A stretch of DNA of 62,824 nt from Myxococcota bacterium (GTDB lineage: Bacteria; Myxococcota_A; Polyangia; Polyangiales; Sandaracinaceae). The translations under genes were made by a program, and so were the position numbers. Shown here piece by piece: positions 46,536 through 54,781 of the stretch (positions are counted from its first letter, which is position 1; every line of letters starts with the position of its first letter). Where the stretch lies: NCBI GenBank assembly GCA_036149055.1, contig JAYZQJ010000283.1:1-62824 (forward strand), in the 5' to 3' direction. The notes below the pieces were generated by a model. That model saw nothing but the letters and a program-made list of their open reading frames with translations, was not told the origin of the DNA and searched no databases.

Positions 46536-47021
46536 GTGGCGAGTCTTCTTCGGTCCTCGCTGAGCATCTGGGTGGTCGCGGGTCTCGTTCTCGGATCCGC
46601 CGCCTGCTTCGCACCCAAACACGGAGGCTCCCGCTCGAGCCGGGCGTCCCCCCAGTACGAGGAAGCGTGGGAGACGCGACCCGTGTTCGAGCGGCGCGTC
46701 GTCGCCCGTCCGCGCGAGCGCGTCGAGCCAGCCTGCTACGCCCCGTGCACCGACCTGTGGGTCTGCGATTGGGACGAGATTGCAGCGGACTGGCAGTGCG
46801 GTCGGATGAGCCGCGAGGAGTACACGCGGTCTCGGACCCGACGCGTCGAGGTTGGTAGAAGACAGGTGCGTGTGCGGCGGACTGTGACCGCCCCGCCTCG
46901 GCAAGCGCCGACCACACCTGCGTATCGGCCGAGCTCGAGCGGTCGCGTGCACGTGCGCGGATACTATCGGCGCGACGGGACGTACGTCCGCCCACACACG
47001 CGGCGACGGCCGCGGAGATGA
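46536..47021 (+). CDS. Lipoprotein-like protein with basic C-terminal VxGYxRxDGTYVxxHxR motif
   Basis: Signal peptide ending SAAC; VHVRGYYRRDGTYVRPHTR. Confidence 0.65.
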   Translation: MASLLRSSLSIWVVAGLVLGSAACFAPKHGGSRSSRASPQYEEAWETRPVFERRVVARPRERVEPACYAPCTDLWVCDWDEIAADWQCGRMSREEYTRSRTRRVEVGRRQVRVRRTVTAPPRQAPTTPAYRPSSSGRVHVRGYYRRDGTYVRPHTRRRPRR

Positions 47022-47076
47022 GGGCCCACACGGCACGTCAACGGTTCATGTACCGTCGCGTCTGGAGGTGCAGTCG

Positions 47077-47631
47077 ATGAGGACGAAGAAGACGAGGGCG
47101 GGGCTCCTTGCGGCGTTGGCCACCATCGGGGTGTGGGCCTGCGACGCGGCGCAGCCGCTCGGCGATGCGATGGTGGAAGCGGGCGCCGAGCTCATGGACG
47201 CCGGGCGTGGGCTCCGGGACGGCGCGAGTTCCGACGCCGCCGCCCAGCCGCCGGAGCCGGTCTCCGTGCCGTGTGTGCCGCGAACTTGGCGCATCGTACA
47301 GGCCGACGGGCCGGTGCGAGAGACCACGGTCTACTATGCCGAGATCGAGGCTGCTTCCATCACTCCGACGTCACGAATCCGCGCGGTGATGTGCGATGAG
47401 GAGACGCTGGGGGACCCGTCCGACCCGGAGATGTGCCCCGATGGGGCCACCTGCACTGGGGAGCACTACCAGGCACCGGCGCTTCGATGCAGGGTGGCGG
47501 TCGGGGGAGAGGTAGAGGAAGGGCGAGCGCGGTTCCGTTGCGGTAACCGCCAAATCGCCCAGGACGCGAGCGGGACCACGATCTACGACTTCGGGGCCCG
47601 CTGGCGCGACGTGCGCGTGTTCGTCGAGTAG
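47077..47631 (+). CDS. Cys-containing lipoprotein
   Basis: GGAGG RBS; lipobox VWAC; myxobacterial DAG-type linker. Confidence 0.75.
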   Translation: MRTKKTRAGLLAALATIGVWACDAAQPLGDAMVEAGAELMDAGRGLRDGASSDAAAQPPEPVSVPCVPRTWRIVQADGPVRETTVYYAEIEAASITPTSRIRAVMCDEETLGDPSDPEMCPDGATCTGEHYQAPALRCRVAVGGEVEEGRARFRCGNRQIAQDASGTTIYDFGARWRDVRVFVE

Positions 47632-47660
47632 CTCAAGGCGGCGTGGCCGGATGCGCCGTC

Positions 47661-48269
47661 TCAGCCTTTGCGCGGAGCGTTTGGGTCTGATGCGGCCACA
47701 CCAAGAGCGTGGCTGTGTGTGTACGGCCGATCTGCCTCGACGTGGAGCGCAAGCCCATACTGCTTGAATGCTGCCTGGGCATCACTCCAAGCGGAAACGG
47801 CCCGATTCACAGCTGCTCGGACCGCCTTCTGACTCTCTTCGCCAACCGGCCGCTCTGGCTGCCATACACGAACGAGCTCGAACAACGACTCTTGCATGAC
47901 AGAGTCGGCCGCCAGAATCGGCTGGGCGAAGGCAGGCGGTAGGTAGAAGCTGAGGCGGGGAGCGGGGCCCTGCTCGCCTTGTCTCTGCGACCACTTCGAC
48001 GTGCCATAGAGCAAGTCACCACCTAGCGTCATCACATCCGTACTCAGCCGGTCCAGCCGAGCCTTGGCATCCTCCATTGCACGCGTTTCCCGGTCGAAGA
48101 GGACAGTGTGGCGCTCCGACTTCCTCTGCGCCTCAGCCGTCGCTTGCACTTTGAAGTGCCCTGCCACGGCGGCCACGATGGCGACAAGGATGTTCACGCC
48201 GCCACCGACAAGGGCCCCCAAGAGGGCGGCGCCTGCTGCGACTAGCGCACTCTGAACCTGGGTGTCCAT
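47661..48269 (-). CDS. N-terminal TM plus helical domain protein, lower-GC cargo
   Basis: ALVAAGAALLGALVGGGVNILVAIV; visibly lower GC. Confidence 0.7.
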   Translation of the reverse strand: MDTQVQSALVAAGAALLGALVGGGVNILVAIVAAVAGHFKVQATAEAQRKSERHTVLFDRETRAMEDAKARLDRLSTDVMTLGGDLLYGTSKWSQRQGEQGPAPRLSFYLPPAFAQPILAADSVMQESLFELVRVWQPERPVGEESQKAVRAAVNRAVSAWSDAQAAFKQYGLALHVEADRPYTHSHALGVAASDPNAPRKG

Positions 48270-48318
48270 TTCTCACGAGCGTAGAACAGGTTTGCGTTCG
48301 GATACCACCGCGTCAGAG

Positions 48319-48594
48319 TCAAACGTCGCCGCCCTGAGGCCACGGCTCGTCGAAGAGCGCGGCGAAGCTGGGCTGCTGGTCGTAGCGGAACTCGCAGTAG
48401 AGGACCGCGTCGTGAGCCTGCGGCGAGCGATTCTCGCCCCGCGCCTCGTGCATCACACCGCGGACCCGGTAGACGTAGCTACCGCTGCGCACGACCTCGC
48501 CCACCCGAGGAACCTCGGCCAGCTGCATGGGATTCGTGATCTGCCCGCCCTCCAGGTTGAGGACCAGAACGCGCACCGAATTGCCTTCCGTCAT
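48319..48594 (-). CDS. Small beta-rich hypothetical protein
   Basis: VPRVGEVV..YRVRGVMH; TACCAT 7 nt before ATG 48594. Confidence 0.65.
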   Translation of the reverse strand: MTEGNSVRVLVLNLEGGQITNPMQLAEVPRVGEVVRSGSYVYRVRGVMHEARGENRSPQAHDAVLYCEFRYDQQPSFAALFDEPWPQGGDV

Positions 48595-48683
48595 GGCGAA
48601 CATGGTAGATCAACGCACGGCGCGATCCTACAGACATGAGCGGCGACTTCACCGGCAGACGTCGGTCGCGTAGGCTCACGTCC

Positions 48684-49283
48684 ATGAGCGCCCAGAATCC
48701 CAAGGGCAGCACCTACCTCGCGTGGCCGCCGTTCGGCGGAACGGATGCGAGAGTCGCGTACGCAACGCTATGGTTCGTTGAGAGTGCGATCGCCGAGGCT
48801 GAGCTCTCCGTCGGGGTCTTCGAGGAACTCCGCACAGGGCGCGCACTCGTCACTGGGATCTTGTCTGGAAATCCACGCGCTCCGTTCCTGGCGAAGGTGC
48901 GCCACACGCTGTCCGGTCGAAGCTTCCTGGAAGGCTTGGACCGTGCACAGCAGGGCTTGCGCTCGTTGGTGGAGAACACACGGCACGGCACCCCTGACGC
49001 ACGTGTCCGGATGGAGGCGCTGGCAGGGCTGTATCCGCACCTGCGGAGTATGCGCAACACGGGTCAGCACATAGACGAGCGGATTCGTCGCATCGGCGCG
49101 AAGGGAAAGCAGATGCCACCCGGCGTCATCGTGCTCGAGGCGATCGACGGGAGAGACTTCGTGAGCTGCGACGGGGAAGGCATCGCGAGGCGTCTTCCCG
49201 TCCGGGCGGAGACTCTGGGCGCGTTCGTCGCGAAGGCGCAGGCGGTCGTCGACGCTCTGGATGGGGATGGGGCACCAGAATAG
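48684..49283 (+). CDS. Putative HEPN-domain RNase
   Basis: Helical protein with an R-x4-H motif (LRSMRNTGQHIDER); TAGGCT 7 nt before ATG. Confidence 0.6.
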   Translation: MSAQNPKGSTYLAWPPFGGTDARVAYATLWFVESAIAEAELSVGVFEELRTGRALVTGILSGNPRAPFLAKVRHTLSGRSFLEGLDRAQQGLRSLVENTRHGTPDARVRMEALAGLYPHLRSMRNTGQHIDERIRRIGAKGKQMPPGVIVLEAIDGRDFVSCDGEGIARRLPVRAETLGAFVAKAQAVVDALDGDGAPE

Positions 49284-49286
49284 CCC

Positions 49287-49607
49287 TCACCGGCACACGT
49301 CCTGGCAGACCTCCGCCTCGAGCTCGGCGCAGGTCCCCGCCGCCTCGACGGCCCGGATGCACGCGCTCGCGCGCTCTCGGTGGCACTCCACCCGGAAGCA
49401 CTCGATCGAGCACAGCCGCGCGATGCGGAGGCAGAACGGGTACGCCGAGACCCACACCTCCCCGGCGTCGCGCGCCCCAGCCGTCGAGGCGTCGGGCTGG
49501 GTCGCGTCGTCGAGCTCGGCGCCGGCGTCGGGGCCCGTCCCGGGCACGCAGCCGGCCGCCAGGGCGAAGAGGGCGGCCAGCGCCGCCGTTCGGATCGTGT
49601 GTCGCAT
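49287..49607 (-). CDS. Small Cys-rich lipoprotein
   Basis: GGAGG RBS; lipobox AAGC; 8 Cys in the last ~50 aa. Confidence 0.75.
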   Translation of the reverse strand: MRHTIRTAALAALFALAAGCVPGTGPDAGAELDDATQPDASTAGARDAGEVWVSAYPFCLRIARLCSIECFRVECHRERASACIRAVEAAGTCAELEAEVCQDVCR

Positions 49608-49637
49608 CGGTTCCTCCCCTCGCGGCCGGAGCCGCGG

Positions 49638-49966
49638 TCAGTCCTCGCCCCGGCCGCGGCCGGCCGCGCCGTCGGCCGCGCCGGCGCCGTCGTCCTCGAG
49701 CACCAGCGCGGCGAGCTCGAGGGCCTTGCGGGCGACGTGGGGCCCGTCGGCGGCGAGCTCGAGGGCGAGCCGGACCTCCCGGCGCTCGAGCACGCTCGAC
49801 CGGAGGGCCTCGACCAGGCCGGCGGTGATAGGCTCCCCGGCGGCTGCCGCTTCGACCAGAGCGCGGGCCGCTTCGACGGCCTGACAATGAGGCTCGCGGG
49901 TGTTGCGGTTGCCCCCGCGTTGTCCTGCGATCGCGCTATGTGCGCGGGATCCTTCGGGTGCGCCGG
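49638..49966 (-). other. Detached integrase C-terminal coding segment (109 aa), joined in frame only at attP
   Basis: Same reading frame through the att core (GEAGSTGFEPVTFGSGG) as int at attL; open to TGA at 49638. Confidence 0.8.
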
Positions 49967-50018
49967 GGCCTCCGGAGCCGAAGGTCACAGGTTCGAATCC
50001 TGTAGAGCCCGCTTCCCC
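49967..50018 (+). repeat. attR core (tRNA 3' fragment)
   Basis: Identical to 33560-33611. Confidence 0.96.
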
Positions 50019-50055
50019 GCCCCCCCGCAGCGACACCTCAGGTAAGCTCCCGAGC

Positions 50056-50751
50056 GTGGACCTCGAGCAGCTGCTGGTGCAGGAGGGCGTGGCCGCGCCG
50101 CCCGAGGAGCTGCGCGGCGCGCTCGCGCACGCGTCGGCCCACGGGCTGGACCCGGTGGTCGCCCTGGTCGAGCGCCGGGTCGTGGTCGAGGACGTGCTCG
50201 CCGAGGTCCTGGCCCGGGCCTCGGGCACCGTCGTCGTCGACCTCGATCGGCCGATCGACGTCGACGCGCCTGGCGTCATCAGCTCGGCGCTCGCCCGCCG
50301 GCTCCTCGCGCTCCCGATCGCGCGCCCGTCCAGCGGCCGGATCCGGGTCGCGTTCGCGAACCCGCTCGACGAAGGCGCCCGACGCGCGGTGGAGGAGGCC
50401 AGCGGTCTGACCGTCCAGCCGCTCGTCGGCACGGTCAGCGCGCTCCGGGCCCGGATCGAGGAGGCCTACCCGGGGCGCACCACCCGGGTGATCGCGGGGC
50501 TGCGGGGCTCCGCCTCGTCCTCGTCGCGGAGCGAGATGCCGGCGGAGAACACCCGGCGGCTCGTCGTCCCGGCCTCCGAGCTGCCCAGCGCCGACACCGC
50601 GCCCCTCCACCGGCTGGAGCAGCGCGCGACCATCGAGCAGCGACACGAGGCGCTGCTCCTCGCGCTGATCGAGAAGGGCCTGCTCACCCGGTCCGACTAC
50701 GTCGAGTCGCTCTCGCGGCTGCTCTCCCGCAACGGCGAAGACGACAAGTAA
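50056..50751 (+). CDS. Stand-alone GspE/MshEN-like N-terminal domain protein
   Basis: LARRLLALPI..IRVAFANPLD..VQPLVG; no ATPase domain; TAAGCT 7 nt before GTG. Confidence 0.78.
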   Translation: MDLEQLLVQEGVAAPPEELRGALAHASAHGLDPVVALVERRVVVEDVLAEVLARASGTVVVDLDRPIDVDAPGVISSALARRLLALPIARPSSGRIRVAFANPLDEGARRAVEEASGLTVQPLVGTVSALRARIEEAYPGRTTRVIAGLRGSASSSSRSEMPAENTRRLVVPASELPSADTAPLHRLEQRATIEQRHEALLLALIEKGLLTRSDYVESLSRLLSRNGEDDK

Positions 50752-50835
50752 CGGTACGCACGCGTGGTTGTCGCGTGCGGCGACACGTGTCATTCTCGCG
50801 CGCGGCCGGCGGGGGGCGCCGGTGAGGGAGGGCTC

Positions 50836-52515
50836 ATGCGTGGGATCGGCTTTCTGTGCGTCGCCGTGATCTTGGCGACCGGGTGTGACGACGGAACGGG
50901 ACGGGGGGGCGATGGCGGCCGCGAAGACTCCCGGGTCGGTCCGATGGACGCGGGACCGCTCTGCGAGTCCAACGCGAGCTGCGACGACGGGCTGTTCTGC
51001 AACGGGATGGAGCGATGCGCGCCCGGCGCGGAAGAGGCGCTCCCGAACGGATGCGTGCCCGGCGAGTCGCCGTGCGCGGAGGACCAGATCTGCGATGACG
51101 AGGCGGACCGGTGCACCGACGCGGACTGCGCCGGGGGAGGGGACGGCGATCGTGATGGCGATCCGCGCCCCGAGTGCGGAGGCACGGACTGCGACGACAC
51201 GGATCCGACGCGTTTCCGACGCGGTGCCGTGGAGGTCTGTGATCCGGCCGGGGTCGACGAGGACTGTGACGTCGCGACGATCAGCGGTGAAGACGACGGC
51301 GATCGCGATGGGGACGGTTTCGTCGATGATGCTTGTTTCAACCGGCGCGAGGACGGCGGCGAGAACCGCGGGCGAGACTGCGACGATCGCCGCGGGGACG
51401 CGAACCCGGACGGGGCCGAGTCGTGCAACGGCTTCGACGACGACTGCGACGGGCGCATCGATGAAGGAGTTCAGCTCCGCTTCTACCGGGACATCGACGG
51501 CGATGGGTTCGGGTGCGAGGCGGACCCGATGCTGACCGGGTGCAGCGAGCCCTCCGTCGAGGCGTGCACCGCGCCGCTCGGCTACACGCTGCAGAACGGC
51601 GACTGCGACGACACGCGAGCGGCGCGCAATCCGGGCGCGGCCGAGATGTGCAACGGGGTCGACGACGACTGCAATGGCGAGGCCGATCCTGCGACCTGCG
51701 GCTGTATCGACGGCGTCTCCCAGGACTGCGGCCCGCCGACGACCACCGGCATCTGCACCCGGAGCTCGCGCACCTGCGTGGCCGGGATGTATCCGTCGTC
51801 GTGCCCGGGTGCGGTGTACCCCGAGGCGACCGATCCCTGCGGCGGCGGCGACGAGGACTGCGACGGCCGGATGGACGAGGATGGCGTGCAGGCCTTCTAC
51901 TTCGATGCCGACGGAGACGGTCACGGCGACGTGACGCGGCGCATGGAGTTCTGTCCCGGGCTCGAGACGACTGGCTACGTGTCTCTCTCCGACGACTGTG
52001 ACGACACGACCGCTACCGTCGCGCCGAGCCTCGACGAAGCTCGCTATCCCTGCGACACCCTGGATAACGACTGCGACGGGACGGTGGACGAGGCGGGGAC
52101 GGACGAGCTGACCTGCTACCGTGACGTAGACGGGGACGGCTACGGGAGCGGCGTGCCTGTGTCCGCCTGCTCCTGTCCCGGGGGCCACGTCGCACGCGGC
52201 GGTGACTGTGTGGACAACGCAAGCACCCTGAGTGACCGGATTCACCCCGGTGCTCGCTACGAGGCTGCGCCGCACTGCGGCGGCAGGGCTCCGCCCTGCG
52301 GGGCACCGTCCTGGGACTACGACTGCAGCGGAGCAGTCGAACCTCATCCGACCAGTTCGTGCCGTATGTCTGGCCCCTTCTGTGTGGGCAGCGGGACCCA
52401 GACCACCCACAAGCCGGCCGAGTGCGGCTCGGATGTAGCTTGGACCCGATGCGCTCTGCTTGCTGGTGGCTGCTCCCCTCGGCCCGACGGAACGCGACCG
52501 CTGACATGCCGTTGA
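50836..52515 (+). CDS. Cys/Asp-rich MopE-repeat surface lipoprotein, paralog of 30875..33481
   Basis: Lipobox ATGC; same CDDGxFCNGxERCAP start and WDYDCSG...LxCR end. Confidence 0.88.
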   Translation: MRGIGFLCVAVILATGCDDGTGRGGDGGREDSRVGPMDAGPLCESNASCDDGLFCNGMERCAPGAEEALPNGCVPGESPCAEDQICDDEADRCTDADCAGGGDGDRDGDPRPECGGTDCDDTDPTRFRRGAVEVCDPAGVDEDCDVATISGEDDGDRDGDGFVDDACFNRREDGGENRGRDCDDRRGDANPDGAESCNGFDDDCDGRIDEGVQLRFYRDIDGDGFGCEADPMLTGCSEPSVEACTAPLGYTLQNGDCDDTRAARNPGAAEMCNGVDDDCNGEADPATCGCIDGVSQDCGPPTTTGICTRSSRTCVAGMYPSSCPGAVYPEATDPCGGGDEDCDGRMDEDGVQAFYFDADGDGHGDVTRRMEFCPGLETTGYVSLSDDCDDTTATVAPSLDEARYPCDTLDNDCDGTVDEAGTDELTCYRDVDGDGYGSGVPVSACSCPGGHVARGGDCVDNASTLSDRIHPGARYEAAPHCGGRAPPCGAPSWDYDCSGAVEPHPTSSCRMSGPFCVGSGTQTTHKPAECGSDVAWTRCALLAGGCSPRPDGTRPLTCR

Positions 52516-52762
52516 CTCGGGGCGGTTCTCTACCCGACCGTTGATTTTCTTACGCCCCCCTGACGCCGGTGTCCGGGGTGGTCCCGTCCGCACGGTCGGG
52601 GAGGGCGGCTCGAGGGCCTGCTGGGCCGATAATCGGCCTGGCGCGCTCGCTGCATGAGCCCTCGGAGTCGATCCTCGTGGGTGGTGCGAGGTCGGCGGCT
52701 GGGCACGTGTCGGCACGGCGGAGGCGTGGTGTCTCCGGTGTGTCGGGGTGAGCCTGGTGACC

Positions 52763-52791
52763 TTGACACTGTCCGGGCGGACCGCTAGCGT
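52763..52791 (+). promoter_or_regulatory. Sigma70-type promoter
   Basis: TTGACA-17-TAGCGT upstream of 52884. Confidence 0.65.
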
Positions 52792-52883
52792 CCGCGCGTT
52801 TTCGCGCCGGGGCCACTGCTTCGGCGCTCGAGGCGAGACCGCTCCCCTTTTTCGGGTGGGGCGCGTTGGCGCGGAGGAGCGAG

Positions 52884-54419
52884 ATGAACGAGCGGTTGGT
52901 CTTTAATTCGATTATGGCGGCGCTGCTGATCGGCGGCGTGGCCACGGGCTGCGACGGTGACGGGGGCACGGATGGCGGCACCATCGTGCTCGACGACGCC
53001 GACATCGACACCGGCACCGGCGACGACGACTCGGGCACGGAGCCCGACACCGGCGTGAGCACCGGCATGTGCACCCTCCCGGCTCGGGTGGGCGCGCCCG
53101 GCGGCGCTTGCCGCTCGGGCACCGCGTGTCTGCCCGGCAACGACTGCATCGAGGAGTCGGCCGGCTCCGTGCCGAGCCGGACCCCGGAGGGCACCAACGG
53201 CCCGATGGTCATGGTCACCTTCAGCCCGGGCGGCGTCTGCTCGCCGCCCTGCGAGACCGACGACGACTGCGACGACTGCACCTCGTGCGTCGGCGCGAGC
53301 GCCGGTGACCCCGGCACCTGCGCCTCGAACTGCACCCCGACCGCCACCGACAACGGCATGTGCCGCGACGGCTACTCGTGCGGCTTCGGCGGCACCTGCG
53401 GTCTGGCCTGCCAGAACGACGACTTCTGCCGCATCCAGGACGTCATCGACTTCGACGGCGACGGCATGCTCGACGGCTACCTCGTCGACCCCGACAGCCC
53501 CCAGGCCTGCGACACGACCACCGGTCGCTGCGGGCACCCCGGCACCGCGGGCGCGGTCGCCGGCGACAACTGCGAGAATGACTGGGACTGCGAAGCCAAC
53601 GGCATCTGCATCACCGGTGAAGGCTGGCCGGGCGGCTACTGCGCCCGCCTCGGCTGCGAGTACCCCGGCTTCGAGTGTGACGGCGCGGGCGAGACCTGCG
53701 ACGTCGGCAACTTCGGCATCTCGATCTGCACCCAGGGCTGCCAGGTCGGCGCCGAGGACGCGTCGGCCCAGGCCGGCGTGGGCGGCGGCGGCGCGGGCTG
53801 CCCGACCGAGTTCGGCTGCTTCTGGAACGGCACCGGCGCGGCCGACGCCAACCCGAACGGCAGCTGCATCCCGGCCGAGTACAACGACATCGCTGCCCCG
53901 AACATCGGCACCCGCTGCGCGAACAGCGGCGACTGCTACAGCCCGCTGGGCCGTGGCCGCTGCCTCTTCGCCGACGAGGAAGAGGGCCTGGCCGGCTACT
54001 GCGTGGTCAGCGGCTGCGTTGGCATGGAGGTCCGCCAGGTCATGCCGGGCGTCGCGGTCGACGTCGACATCTGCCCCGAGACCGCGCTCTGCGTGAACTT
54101 CGGCAGCGCCGACGCGCCGAACCCGCTCTGCGTGCAGAACTGCGACACCGGCGACGACTGCCCGACCGGCTTCGCCTGCGCGAACCTCCTCTCGGGCGGC
54201 GGCGGCCTCTGCTGGCCGAACTGCTTCGAGGCCGACGACTGCCCCGGCAGCGAGATGTGTGTCACGCAGGGCACCACGCGCGCCTGCGACGCCGACGGCC
54301 CGGACAACATGCCGAACACCGACGACGACGAGATCTGTGAGTGCACCGAGCGCGGTGCCGCGCCGCCGGACAGCGGCGTCATGGACACCGACGCGGGCGC
54401 GGGCGACGCGGGCGTCTGA
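52884..54419 (+). CDS. Cys-rich surface lipoprotein
   Basis: GGAGG RBS; lipobox ATGC; PGGxC and CxxDDDC repeats. Confidence 0.85.
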   Translation: MNERLVFNSIMAALLIGGVATGCDGDGGTDGGTIVLDDADIDTGTGDDDSGTEPDTGVSTGMCTLPARVGAPGGACRSGTACLPGNDCIEESAGSVPSRTPEGTNGPMVMVTFSPGGVCSPPCETDDDCDDCTSCVGASAGDPGTCASNCTPTATDNGMCRDGYSCGFGGTCGLACQNDDFCRIQDVIDFDGDGMLDGYLVDPDSPQACDTTTGRCGHPGTAGAVAGDNCENDWDCEANGICITGEGWPGGYCARLGCEYPGFECDGAGETCDVGNFGISICTQGCQVGAEDASAQAGVGGGGAGCPTEFGCFWNGTGAADANPNGSCIPAEYNDIAAPNIGTRCANSGDCYSPLGRGRCLFADEEEGLAGYCVVSGCVGMEVRQVMPGVAVDVDICPETALCVNFGSADAPNPLCVQNCDTGDDCPTGFACANLLSGGGGLCWPNCFEADDCPGSEMCVTQGTTRACDADGPDNMPNTDDDEICECTERGAAPPDSGVMDTDAGAGDAGV

Positions 54420-54440
54420 GCCCCGACCCAGCCCACAACG

Positions 54441-54477
54441 GAGAGCCCCGGCGCGCATGTCGCGTCGGGGCTCTTTC
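54441..54477 (+). terminator. Intrinsic terminator
   Basis: gagagccccggcgcg-catgt-cgcgtcggggctctttc. Confidence 0.75.
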
Positions 54478-54491
54478 ACGTCCGTCGACCC

Positions 54492-54519
54492 TTGACCGGG
54501 GCCGACTTTCGTCTAGTCT
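54492..54519 (+). promoter_or_regulatory. Sigma70-type promoter
   Basis: TTGACC-16-TAGTCT upstream of the small ORF at 54550. Confidence 0.6.
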
Positions 54520-54549
54520 CCGGCTCCTTCGAAGAGGAACGATTCAGTC

Positions 54550-54696
54550 ATGTACCTGCCCATCTCCAAGCAGCCCCGGAAGAAGAACCGCGGCAAGACC
54601 AACCGTCGCAAGGCCAAGCTCAAGGCCAAGAACCGTCGTCGCGTCCAGCGCATGCGCCGCGCGAAGACCGGTCGTCGCCTCGCCAAGAAGTGGTGA
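54550..54696 (+). CDS. 48-aa extremely basic protein, absent from the ORF track
   Basis: MYLPISKQPRKKNRGKTNRRKAKLKAKNRRRVQRMRRAKTGRRLAKKW; promoter, GAGGA RBS, AAG/CGC/CGT codons. Confidence 0.8.
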   Translation: MYLPISKQPRKKNRGKTNRRKAKLKAKNRRRVQRMRRAKTGRRLAKKW

Positions 54697-54781
54697 CCCG
54701 GGGAGCCCCCCGGTCGTGGTAGGTTGAGGACGCGGCGTGACGCAATCGAGCGTCACGCCGCTCGCTTCACGGGAGGAGCGG

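Larger units (their letters stand above)
33560..50018. mobile_element. tRNA-integrated 16.4-kb element (candidate phage satellite / PICI-like)
   Basis: 52-bp terminal direct repeats, integrase, cI/cro switch, initiator with iterons, DnaB; no recognisable virion or conjugation genes. Confidence 0.92.

Noticed and set aside
49967..50011. Second tRNA-Arg gene
   Set aside because: Only the 3' part is present; the 5' acceptor strand and D-arm are missing, so it is attR.
33560..50018. Complete prophage or conjugative ICE
   Set aside because: No recognisable capsid, portal, terminase, tail, lysis, relaxase or T4SS genes, and too small; remote homologs cannot be excluded without searches.
49900..50055. 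N-terminal extension of the MshEN-like ORF across attR
   Set aside because: It translates att/tRNA sequence; a -10 box and the domain start support GTG 50056.
49638..50432. 264-aa minus-strand ORF as an independent gene
   Set aside because: Its 5' half is antisense to the MshEN-like gene; only the part inside the element makes sense, as the Int C-terminus.
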